Of a DNA stretch of 64,000 nt, positions 56,010-64,000 are shown in pieces (the stretch's first letter is position 1; every line of letters starts with the position of its first letter). The notes under the pieces are model-generated. The model was not told where the DNA came from, searched no databases, and saw only the letters and a list, made by a program, of their open reading frames with translations. This DNA is from an uncultured delta proteobacterium. GTDB lineage: Bacteria > Desulfobacterota > BSN033 > UBA1163. A program made the translations under genes and the position numbers. Location: NCBI GenBank assembly GCA_963739325.1, contig CAVTZZ010000036.1:1777-65776 (forward strand), in the 5' to 3' direction.

Positions 56010-57836
56010 TTATACTGCTCCGATCCGTTCCTCCACCAGTTCATATTTGGGAAATCTTCCTGTGAAGATCACCGTATCGATCGGGAACTTCGAAGGCCGA
56101 AAATGGGTATTGAAGAAATGGACTGTAAAGATGAAGCCAGAGGCTAACAATGCCTCATCCGAATGGACGATCGTTGCAATATTGAGTATCCATCCTGGCA
56201 TGAAGATGGTGAAGAATTCCGGAAACCAGAGCATCAGTCCAGAAAGTCCGATGGCGAACATCCCCCAAAAGACAGCTAAAAAGTCGAACTTCTCCCAGTA
56301 GGTCCATCGATCAAACTGGGGTTTTGGCCCTTTGTTAAAGAACCATTGGATCATACCAATGATGTCTTGCACATCCTTCCAACGAGGGCAGAGAGAATCT
56401 GGACCAAAAAGTCGCTGGAGTGGATTGGGATTTCCTTTAATCTTTTTGAAGAAGAGGAAGTAGAAGATATAGGTGATAGTGCTGCCAAAATAGCCAAAGG
56501 TAATGGCTGCACAGATGCGATGGATTAATCCTGCCATTTTAGCCCCTCCCAGAAAATGCATCAACCCACTGGCCCAGGGCGCATGGGAGAATTTTAAAGG
56601 AAGCCCGGTGAGAACAAGACCGATGAAGGTGACCATCATGGTAAAGTGAATCACGATGTCGAAGGTACTAAATCGACGATAGATGTGACCCGCTTCATCC
56701 GGCCTCACATGTTGTGGGAAGAATATTCCTTTGGCCCTTAACTCCCTCTTCTCCCAGAAGTCTTTCCGCCACCAGAAAAAGGTATGGATCCAAAAGACTC
56801 CAAAGACAGAAACCAGGAGGCCAGTCATCAGAATGAAAGTCCCATAAAGGACTGGCTCCCGCTCTGGATCGGTATGGGTTGCATGTGCGAGCCACTGAAC
56901 GAAGTTGACATTGGCCCGTGGGTGGCACTTTCCACAGGTCTCTACCAACCGAGCCTCAGAGATAAGGGACTTTGGATTATCTGGAGGCAGAATGCTATGA
57001 AAACCATGGCAGTCCGCACAACCTGCCACCAATGAAGGATAGCCTAATTCCTCAACTTTTCCGTGGTAACTTTCATAATAGGTCTGGGTAGCAATGAGAA
57101 AAACCTTATTTCGTTCCATCATCTCGTTATCGGCATGGCACTTCTGACAGACCTCTGTATGAAACTCCTTCCGCAATGCCACCACTTTTGGCTCATCCCC
57201 CTTTAATATGGGAACCTTGTGAAGACCATGACAATCACTGCAGGTAGCAGAATCCGGGTTCCCAGCAAGGACAGATTTGCCATGGACGCTTTCAGAGTAA
57301 CCATCGTCGGAATGGCAAGTTGTGCATTTCTGGACCACTCGGGTTTTATCCCCTTTCCATGGGGTCATCTCATGGATATCTTGATGGCAGTCCTTACATT
57401 GAACATCGTTGATGAAGTGGGCGCTTGCATAATGTTCGGCCCCTTCCTTTTTATGACATCGATGGCAGGTAATTGGTTCGGCTTGGATTCTTGCCCCTTT
57501 TGCCTTCACATGGGTTTTGACGTCAGTAATGTCCCAGTGGCAACCGTTGCAGGAATTGGCTCCATGAACCGACTGTGCAAATTTCCTCTCGCTGATCTTA
57601 TTGTGGCACCCGAGACATTCCGAGTTGTCGATACACTCTAAACAATATTCTCGACCCTTAATAATAAATTTCTCCCCCTTTTTTCCGGGTTCGGGAGTTT
57701 TGGTCACCCCTTCCGGTTTAGGACTCTCTTTTTCAGCAACAGGATTTGCAGACCAAATTAATCCAAGGCTTAAAGATAGAAGAATACCAGAAATGATAAA
57801 AAAGATGAAAATTGAAATTTTAAACTTCGATTTCAT
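56010..57836 (-). CDS. CbcL-like fusion: periplasmic nonahaem cytochrome c domain + HydC/FdnI-type dihaem cytochrome b membrane domain
   Basis: A signal/anchor, then nine CxxCH, then IYRRFSTFDIVIHFTMMVTFIGLVLTGLP (the b-type cytochrome entry motif). Further TM helices carry conserved His residues (IHRICA, IVHSDEA, FTVHFFNTH). An alternative start lies at 57854. Confidence 0.82.
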   Translation of the reverse strand: MKSKFKISIFIFFIISGILLSLSLGLIWSANPVAEKESPKPEGVTKTPEPGKKGEKFIIKGREYCLECIDNSECLGCHNKISERKFAQSVHGANSCNGCHWDITDVKTHVKAKGARIQAEPITCHRCHKKEGAEHYASAHFINDVQCKDCHQDIHEMTPWKGDKTRVVQKCTTCHSDDGYSESVHGKSVLAGNPDSATCSDCHGLHKVPILKGDEPKVVALRKEFHTEVCQKCHADNEMMERNKVFLIATQTYYESYHGKVEELGYPSLVAGCADCHGFHSILPPDNPKSLISEARLVETCGKCHPRANVNFVQWLAHATHTDPEREPVLYGTFILMTGLLVSVFGVFWIHTFFWWRKDFWEKRELRAKGIFFPQHVRPDEAGHIYRRFSTFDIVIHFTMMVTFIGLVLTGLPLKFSHAPWASGLMHFLGGAKMAGLIHRICAAITFGYFGSTITYIFYFLFFKKIKGNPNPLQRLFGPDSLCPRWKDVQDIIGMIQWFFNKGPKPQFDRWTYWEKFDFLAVFWGMFAIGLSGLMLWFPEFFTIFMPGWILNIATIVHSDEALLASGFIFTVHFFNTHFRPSKFPIDTVIFTGRFPKYELVEERIGAV

Positions 57837-57872
57837 AATCCCCCCAAAATCCAAACTTGATTAATTACCAAT

Positions 57873-57975
57873 GAGATTGCTTCCCTGCCTGCCGTCAGGC
57901 AGGGGTTCCACCTCGCAATGACATGAGTGATTATTGTCATTTTGACCCCGTATTAAATACGGGGGAGGAATCTCG
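57873..57975. repeat. REP/MITE-like structured palindromic element related to 8213-8300
   Basis: It contains the hairpins CCCTGCCTG-CCGT-CAGGCAGGG, AATGACA-N11-TGTCATT and CCCCGTAT-TAA-ATACGGGG. The last matches CCCCGTA-TCAAG-TACGGGG at 8223-8241. The closing arms are GAGATT.../...AATCTC. It accounts for the spurious ORF 57861-58043. Confidence 0.55.
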
Positions 57976-58263
57976 TTTTTAAAAAGTTTTGAAATCAATA
58001 GAGTTAAAAAATCTATGAGGAAAGAATGTGAATTTTTTAACACAATGAAACTGTGAAGTCAATAAATTTTCTCCTTTTTAACCAACCAACGTCATTCAAT
58101 TGTCCTCTTGAATCTTTTGAGCAATTTGCATAGATCTTCGATTCAATCGCTTGTCGATCTCTTCAGCATTCTATTATAATAACACAAGGCTTTCTCTCTT
58201 GACAATTTATAAGCCAATACTCAATATATAATCTAAAAACGTTGGGCGCATCGCTGAAAAAAT

Positions 58264-58599
58264 ATGCCAACTTATGAGTACAGAGCCGCTGATCCAGAAA
58301 AAAGTTGTGACTATTGCAGATCTGGTTTTGAGGTTACCCAGAAAATAACCGAACCTGCTTTAACTCTCTGCCCTCATTGTAAAAACCCAATTTTTAGAGT
58401 TCTCTTCGCTCCTGCCGTGGTAATTAAAGGAGGTCCGGTCACGGAAACGGAACGAAAGGTCAAGGAGTATGAAAAAGAGGGGAAATGGAGCCATGCTGCC
58501 GAATTAGCAGATAAAGAGTCGGAAAAGACGAAGAGAGAGGATCTGAAGACCCGCGCCTTAGAAAATTACAAGAAAGCAGGATATCATTTTGATAAATAG
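58264..58599 (+). CDS. FmdB-family zinc-ribbon protein
   Basis: MPTYEYR...CDYCRSGFEV...CPHCKNP (the CxxC...CxxC FmdB signature) with a charged C-terminal tail. Confidence 0.8.
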   Translation: MPTYEYRAADPEKSCDYCRSGFEVTQKITEPALTLCPHCKNPIFRVLFAPAVVIKGGPVTETERKVKEYEKEGKWSHAAELADKESEKTKREDLKTRALENYKKAGYHFDK

Positions 58600-58617
58600 G
58601 ATACCTAACCCACGCCC

Positions 58618-58738
58618 AAATGGAATGTCAAAGTCTAAATTGCCCATATAGTCATTGAGTCATTGGTCATTAGTTATTGAATGACCTAATGACTGAATAA
58701 CTTAATGACCAAAATTATATTTAGACATTTGAAATTGG
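58618..58738. repeat. Stuttered nested hairpin locus 12
   Basis: The outer arms are AAATGGAATGTCAAAGTCTAAAT / ATTTAGACATTTGAAATTGG. The inner sequence is GTCATTGAGTCATTGGTCATTAGTTATTGAATGACCTAATGACTGAATAACTTAATGAC. Confidence 0.75.
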
Positions 58739-58744
58739 AATCAA

Positions 58745-60757
58745 ATGATTACTCTTAGTCATGTTCAGAAACAGTTCGGAAGTAAAATCCTTTTTAAGGA
58801 TTGTTCCCTTCAGATCGGGGTGAGAGATCGGCTCGGCCTCATCGGTCCTAATGGCTCTGGAAAGACGACCCTCTTTAGGATGATCTTAGGAGAAGAACCG
58901 ATGGATGGAGGAGAGATCCTTGTTGCCAAAGGAGTAAAGATTGGCTATCTCCCCCAGGAAGTCATCTCTCTTACAGGAGATAGAGTCCTGGATGAGGTGT
59001 TAAAAAGTTTGATAAGCATCACATCCCTCCAGGATAAGATGAAAATTTTTGAAGAAGAATTGTCATCCATAGAGGATCCGAAAGAACAAGAGAGGCTGGC
59101 GAAAGAATATGGGAAACTTCAAGAAAGGTACACCCTCCTCGGAGGATATGGACTGGAGGCTGAGGCTAAGCGTATCCTTCAAGGATTAGGATTTAAAGAG
59201 AGGGATTTCAATCGGGCAACCGATGAGTTGAGTGGCGGCTGGTTGATGCGAATTGCTTTAGCAAAGATTCTTCTTCAATCTCCTGACCTTCTTCTTTTAG
59301 ATGAACCCACCAACCACTTAGATCTATCATCTCTCATCTGGCTGGAAGAATTTTTAATCAATTATCCAGGTGCCATGATCATCGTCTCACACGATCGGGT
59401 ATTTCTCAACCGTCTCATCGATCGAATTGCAGAGATTGGGACCCAAAAGATCGATCTCTATTATGGTGATTATGACCAATACTTAGAGGAGAAAGAGGCC
59501 CGAGGGCAAATCCTCGAGGCTACTTATAAAACCCAGCAAAAGAAAATTGAACAGACAGAAAGGTTTATCGAGCGATTCCGGGCTAAAAATACAAAATCGA
59601 GCCAAGTTCAAAGCCGAATCAAGATGCTCGAAAAAATTGAGCGGATCGAGCTTCCGCAAGAGAAAAAAGAGATTCGTTTTCATTTTCATGCTCCTGAAAG
59701 AAGTGGACATAAAGTTGTGGAGGTTAAAAATCTTCACAAAAGTTATGGTGAAACAGTCGTCTACCAAGGAATTGGCCTCCATCTCTACCGAGGAGATAAA
59801 GTGGCTCTGGTTGGCCCCAATGGAGCTGGTAAATCAACACTTCTCAAGATCTTGGCTGGCGTTCTTGATTTTGAGGAGGGAGAAGTAGAATGGGGGAAGA
59901 ATGTGACCCGGGCTTACTTCGCCCAACACCAGTTCGATCTCCTTCATCCCGGAAACACAGTTTTCGAAGAACTCCTCTCTGTCGCCACCGATGAAAGCCA
60001 GACAGAACTCAGGACCCTCCTGGGCACATTTCTCTTCAGTGGGGATGAGGTTGAAAAGAAAGTCTCTGTGCTGAGTGGCGGCGAGAAGAGTCGACTGGTC
60101 TTAGCAAAGATGCTCCTCAAACCTGCCAACTTCCTTCTCTTGGATGAGCCGACCAGCCATCTCGATATTCCTTCGCGAAATGTCTTAGAGATGGCCCTCA
60201 AGCAATTTCAGGGGACCCTCTGCCTGATCACCCATGACCGTCATCTGATCAACCAGATGGCTAACAAAGTAATTGAAGTTGATGATGGAGTCCCTCATCT
60301 CTTTTTTGGAAATTATGACGATTACCTATATAAAAAGAAACAAATCCAATTGGAAGAAGCGAAGAAAGAAGTGAAAGAAGAGGTTAAGGTTAAGCATGAG
60401 GAAAAAGGAAAATCTGAAAAAAAGAAGTCAAACGATAGGGTTAAAGAGGAGAGGAGAAGGACGGTTCAACAGATGGATCAATATCGACGGCAACTTGCAA
60501 GTCTCGAAAAGAGATTCCAGGAGGTCGAAAAATCCTTACAAGATGCCACACAAACTTTGGATCGTCTGAATCAAAGACTGTCCGATCCAAATCTTTATTT
60601 AAATCAGAAAGAGACTTTCGAGACCATTGGGACTCATAAGCGGGTGAAGGAGCAGGTAAAAGAACTGACCCAAGTTTGGGAATTTCTCGCTTTAGAACTA
60701 GAAGAGATGAAAATGATGAATCTCATGTCCAGTGCCAAAGATCAAAGTTCAAATTAG
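58745..60757 (+). CDS. ABC-F family ATPase (two ABC domains, no TM; translation-factor type) with a long coiled-coil C-terminus
   Basis: GPNGSGKTT and GPNGAGKST (Walker A twice), LSGGWLMR and [19 protein letters not shown] and [11 protein letters not shown]. 670 aa. Confidence 0.92.
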   Translation: MITLSHVQKQFGSKILFKDCSLQIGVRDRLGLIGPNGSGKTTLFRMILGEEPMDGGEILVAKGVKIGYLPQEVISLTGDRVLDEVLKSLISITSLQDKMKIFEEELSSIEDPKEQERLAKEYGKLQERYTLLGGYGLEAEAKRILQGLGFKERDFNRATDELSGGWLMRIALAKILLQSPDLLLLDEPTNHLDLSSLIWLEEFLINYPGAMIIVSHDRVFLNRLIDRIAEIGTQKIDLYYGDYDQYLEEKEARGQILEATYKTQQKKIEQTERFIERFRAKNTKSSQVQSRIKMLEKIERIELPQEKKEIRFHFHAPERSGHKVVEVKNLHKSYGETVVYQGIGLHLYRGDKVALVGPNGAGKSTLLKILAGVLDFEEGEVEWGKNVTRAYFAQHQFDLLHPGNTVFEELLSVATDESQTELRTLLGTFLFSGDEVEKKVSVLSGGEKSRLVLAKMLLKPANFLLLDEPTSHLDIPSRNVLEMALKQFQGTLCLITHDRHLINQMANKVIEVDDGVPHLFFGNYDDYLYKKKQIQLEEAKKEVKEEVKVKHEEKGKSEKKKSNDRVKEERRRTVQQMDQYRRQLASLEKRFQEVEKSLQDATQTLDRLNQRLSDPNLYLNQKETFETIGTHKRVKEQVKELTQVWEFLALELEEMKMMNLMSSAKDQSSN

Positions 60758-61056
60758 ACAATAAAACAGAAGACTTCAAGATGTGAACCCAGCATCACTC
60801 GTTCTTCCTTACTTCCAAAAATTCAAAATGAGGTGTATATTACAACCAGAAATTGACAATGGGAATATACCCCAAGCTCTAATTTCGGTTGGCAGAGTGA
60901 CCACGGTGAAAACACTGCGGGTTATCGCAGCCGGTGGGCTTACATTACCTACATCTGGATTGATGAAGTGCTAAAGAAATGAATGGGATATTAGGCTTAG
61001 ATTGTGCTCCCTATGGTCATCAGGTCGATGAAGAAGGGGGAGGAAAGGAATACAAA

Positions 61057-62013
61057 ATGGGAACTGTATTAGTCACTGGGGGAACGGGTTTTATCGGCAG
61101 GCATACTGCCCGCAGTTTGGCCGACGCGGGGGAACAGGTCGTGGTCACTTACCGAAGGGCATTCCGTGTCCCTCAACTCTTCTCAGATGTTATAGGATCC
61201 CGGGTCAAAGCAATACGCTGTGATGCCTTAGACCTCCCTGAACTTTATAGAGTGATTTGTGACCATGGTGTGGAAAGTATAGTACATTTTACACACATCT
61301 CCCTCTATGAGGGGACATTATATCAAGCGATGCAAACGAACGTGCTGGGCACGGTCAACATGATGGAAGCAGCCGCTTTCGGATCTGTCAAGAAGGTCAC
61401 TTATATCAGCTCTGGAGGAGCAACGAGTGATCCGGAAGGGTATTCCGTGGGAGCTGAAGACGAGATTGTACCCATTGCCTCAGTTGCTGGCAATGTGGTC
61501 TCACCCTCTAAGAAGGCCGGAGAGGTTCTGAGCCTCTTTTACGGGGCCACATTTGGTATCCCGGTCATCATTGTGAGACCCGGTGGTAATTCTTACGGCC
61601 CTTATAGTGAATCGGAAATGGATCACACCAAAGTATTGCGTAGTATTTTAGAAGAGGTGCTTAAGGGAAAACCTGTTGACTTGCCTCATGTAGGCAAAGA
61701 TTATCAGTTCCATCTAACCTATGTGCGGGATATGGCCGCAGGTATCAGCCTGGTACACAAAGCTCCTAGGAATCAGTACCGGGTGTATTGCATCACTGAA
61801 GAGAAACCGACCAGCTGGGGGGAGATCGCAGAAGTCATAAAGGAACTCGTCCCCGGCTCAACCATAAAATTCGGCCGGAGTATCCTGCCGACGAGAGTTC
61901 AACCTCTTCCTGAGGAACTGAGAATAACCAGTGAATTTGGATTTAAGCCAAAGTACGGGCTGAAGGAAGGGTTGCGGGAGTATATCGAGTGGTACAAGAA
62001 TGGGCAGCCTTAG
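61057..62013 (+). CDS. NAD-dependent epimerase/dehydratase (extended SDR)
   Basis: MGTVLVTGGTGFIGRH. A variant catalytic region reads SPSKKAGE instead of YxxxK. The start is placed at MGTV; the ORF opens at 60979. Confidence 0.8.
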   Translation: MGTVLVTGGTGFIGRHTARSLADAGEQVVVTYRRAFRVPQLFSDVIGSRVKAIRCDALDLPELYRVICDHGVESIVHFTHISLYEGTLYQAMQTNVLGTVNMMEAAAFGSVKKVTYISSGGATSDPEGYSVGAEDEIVPIASVAGNVVSPSKKAGEVLSLFYGATFGIPVIIVRPGGNSYGPYSESEMDHTKVLRSILEEVLKGKPVDLPHVGKDYQFHLTYVRDMAAGISLVHKAPRNQYRVYCITEEKPTSWGEIAEVIKELVPGSTIKFGRSILPTRVQPLPEELRITSEFGFKPKYGLKEGLREYIEWYKNGQP

Positions 62014-62031
62014 ACAAAAGGAGGCGTCGTT

Positions 62032-63252
62032 ATGCAGAATAAACCTTATCTCAGTTTGAAAGAGCGTGACCGGCGTTATAAGCTGGTCAGACAGGCCATG
62101 CGAGAGCGCGGCCTGGATGCGCTGCTGGTCTGGGGTGACTCGGGGAAGTGGGATTGGAAGATGGCTAACATACATTATCTGAGCGGGATGGGTGGCAACG
62201 GAGACGAAGGACTTATGGTCTTTCCGCCCGAAGGGGACCCGATCATCATTCTATGGAGTGGTCAAATGGCATCCATGGTTGAGGCTTGGATTGAATACGG
62301 TTCCTGGATCAAAGACTTCCGTTCCCGAGAGGATGGCATGTATGTTAAGCCCTTAGTTGGAATATTGAAGAAATTAAAGCTTACAAAGGCCACCATCGGT
62401 ATTCCTGGGCTCCTCGAACAAGACAGAATCATGTTCCCCTCGGGTATCTCCACAGCGCTACGTGCGGAGTTGCCCAAGACAGATTTCAGAGATGCTTCCG
62501 GTCTTATTGAAAATATCCGTGCGGTGAAAAGTCCCGAGGAGATCACTCTAATGGAAAAGGCAAATCAGATCGGCGAGGCCGCGATCGACACTGTGGGTAA
62601 AGTAGCCAGGCCTGGAGTCCCTGAGAACGAAGTGGTCGCGGCCATGTTCAATACCATGGTTTCCCAAGGAGCAGACCTCCCGGTCATGTTCCTTTGGAAC
62701 ACGGGGAGACCTAACTATGTGGCTCGTCTTGTTTTTACCCGGAGGCGCCCTCTTCAAAAAGGAGACATCATCTGCATTGAGTTCAGTCCCAGGGTTCACG
62801 GCTATGCTTCTCATTTGAATCAGTCGGCGGTGGTCGGTGATTGGCCAGATGATATATACGAGAAGCTTTACTATGCGTCCATGGCTACAAACCGTGCTGG
62901 CTTTAAGGCTATGAAGGCCGGTATTACTGTTGGCGAGGTTTCCAAGGCTTGTCATGAGGCACTGGCGGTGACTGGCTTCAAATGGTCTGAGGGAGGGGCT
63001 CCTGGTGGCTTTAGATACGGTTCGGCTTTCTTTCATGGAGTGGGCCTGGGCAATGAGGCACCGATAGGCAGCTGGCCAATCCCGAAAGAACAGGCTTCAA
63101 TAGTGATACGAGAAGGGACGACTTTTGGTTTTGAATCGGGGGCATGCTCACTGGACAATAAAAAAGGAATTAATATGGGGGATACGGTGGTCATAACCCG
63201 TGATGGCGCACGTCGGCTGGGGAAAGAGGCTAAAATCGTGATATGTAAGTAA
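62032..63252 (+). CDS. M24-family metallopeptidase (Xaa-Pro aminopeptidase/creatinase-like)
   Basis: 406 aa with a creatinase-like N-domain and a pita-bread C-domain (GDIICIEF, HGVGLGNEAP, GTTFGFESG). Confidence 0.82.
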   Translation: MQNKPYLSLKERDRRYKLVRQAMRERGLDALLVWGDSGKWDWKMANIHYLSGMGGNGDEGLMVFPPEGDPIIILWSGQMASMVEAWIEYGSWIKDFRSREDGMYVKPLVGILKKLKLTKATIGIPGLLEQDRIMFPSGISTALRAELPKTDFRDASGLIENIRAVKSPEEITLMEKANQIGEAAIDTVGKVARPGVPENEVVAAMFNTMVSQGADLPVMFLWNTGRPNYVARLVFTRRRPLQKGDIICIEFSPRVHGYASHLNQSAVVGDWPDDIYEKLYYASMATNRAGFKAMKAGITVGEVSKACHEALAVTGFKWSEGGAPGGFRYGSAFFHGVGLGNEAPIGSWPIPKEQASIVIREGTTFGFESGACSLDNKKGINMGDTVVITRDGARRLGKEAKIVICK

Positions 63253-63458
63253 CTGCGTCAGGGCATATAAACGAGGACTTTGGGAACGTTAGCACATGGT
63301 AGGCACATCGAGGATTACTATGGGGGCTCTTAGATAGAGGGCCTTTCTCGAGTTCAGGTTATTATGAGTGGTTTTAGTATAGGCAATAGATATAATCATT
63401 GCTATCAGGTTATTGTGATTGGCGAGGAAAGAATCTTCGCCTATGGAGGCAGGAAACA

Positions 63459-63917
63459 ATGACGGAACAGTTACCATTTTCAAAAGTCGACCAAATTGGC
63501 GTAGTCGTCAGGGATCTAGACAAGGCTGTTGAGCATTATCAGTCGTTGGGTATAGGACCATTTAGTAGCGTACGAAACGTAATTCGTATAGAAGCAGAAA
63601 TGTGGGGGAGGCCGGTTGATGTTGATAGTTTTAAGGTAAACATAAGAAGTGCCAGGATAGGTGCAGTCGTTCTCGAGTTGATGCAGCCCATTGAAGGAAA
63701 GTCTTTTTGGAAAGATTTTCTAGACACTCATGGTGAAGGCGTACACCACCTCGGCTTCTACGTGGATGATGTGGAAAAGGAAACGGCAAAACTGGAAAAG
63801 AAAGGTTTCAAGGTGATTTACAGAGCTCGGTTCCGAGACGGCGGCGCCGCTACGTTCATCGATACGAGCAGGGTCGGGAGCTTTTTTATGGAACTCATCC
63901 AGCGGGGACCCGAATAG
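63459..63917 (+). CDS. VOC/glyoxalase-family protein (methylmalonyl-CoA epimerase-like)
   Basis: VDQIGVVVRDLDKAVEHY, GVHHLGFYVDD, FMELIQ. The start is placed at MTEQL. Confidence 0.78.
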   Translation: MTEQLPFSKVDQIGVVVRDLDKAVEHYQSLGIGPFSSVRNVIRIEAEMWGRPVDVDSFKVNIRSARIGAVVLELMQPIEGKSFWKDFLDTHGEGVHHLGFYVDDVEKETAKLEKKGFKVIYRARFRDGGAATFIDTSRVGSFFMELIQRGPE

Positions 63918-64000
63918 TGTTTAACCCACTGTCTTTCTCTTTATATGAAACCACCCTATTTTCTAAACAATCCTAAGAGATTCCTCTATCACTTTCTCAG

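Noticed and set aside
57861-58043. 60-aa minus-strand ORF upstream of the CbcL-like gene
   Set aside because: It translates the palindromic REP-like element (...HCEVEPLPDGRQGSNLI...), a repeat-derived peptide type often mis-annotated as a hypothetical protein.
124-58738. CRISPR array interpretation of the short tandem repeats
   Set aside because: The units are 6-8 nt and directly abutting with no spacers. Each locus has only 3-5 units followed by their inverted complement. No cas genes are present in the window.

Overview
This is a 64-kb chromosomal segment from a low-GC (mid-40s % by eye) Gram-negative bacterium, probably anaerobic. The lineage cannot be determined from the sequence alone. 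Housekeeping blocks: waaA(partial)-lpxK-leuA-leuC-leuD; asd; mtaB-rnc-radical SAM; rlpA; a five-gene Opp/Dpp-type peptide ABC operon; a PotABCD-like ABC operon on the minus strand; dksA-like/galT/GAF-histidine kinase/response regulator followed by tRNA-Ala(CGC); lepB; a cupin-type glucose-6-phosphate isomerase; a class III aminotransferase; rex; an ABC-F ATPase. Accessory content: a vapBC toxin-antitoxin pair; an IS630-family element (7032-8169, CTAG target, TA duplication) abutting an IS630-end-derived MITE-like element; and a 4.4-kb islet bounded by a degenerate copy of the tRNA-Ala anticodon/T-arm that carries an orphan GHKL-ATPase-like gene. The most unusual region is 43.4-57.9 kb. It is a dense respiratory/electron-transfer island with 51 canonical CxxCH haem motifs. 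It holds an operon for FeS protein, NrfD-like membrane protein and Tat-exported molybdopterin oxidoreductase, followed by a membrane-anchored hexahaem and two tandem paralogous ~16-haem NapC/NirT-type cytochromes. It also holds a CbcL-like 9-haem/cytochrome b fusion, a DUF1684 gene, and a signal-peptide-bearing degenerate-metallophosphatase/tetrahaem fusion whose frame contains a single in-frame TGA (C-G-TGA) followed by a SECIS-like hairpin, making it a candidate new selenoprotein. Many intergenic gaps carry an unusual family of stuttered hairpins whose arms are 3-5 degenerate tandem copies of a 6-8 nt word. Four genes (lpxK, the IS630 transposase, the MBL hydrolase 3' end and the rex 5' end) each show a single-nucleotide frame break, so assembly indels must be excluded before calling them pseudogenes. 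All calls rest on reading the sequence and the ORF track; no database search was run.
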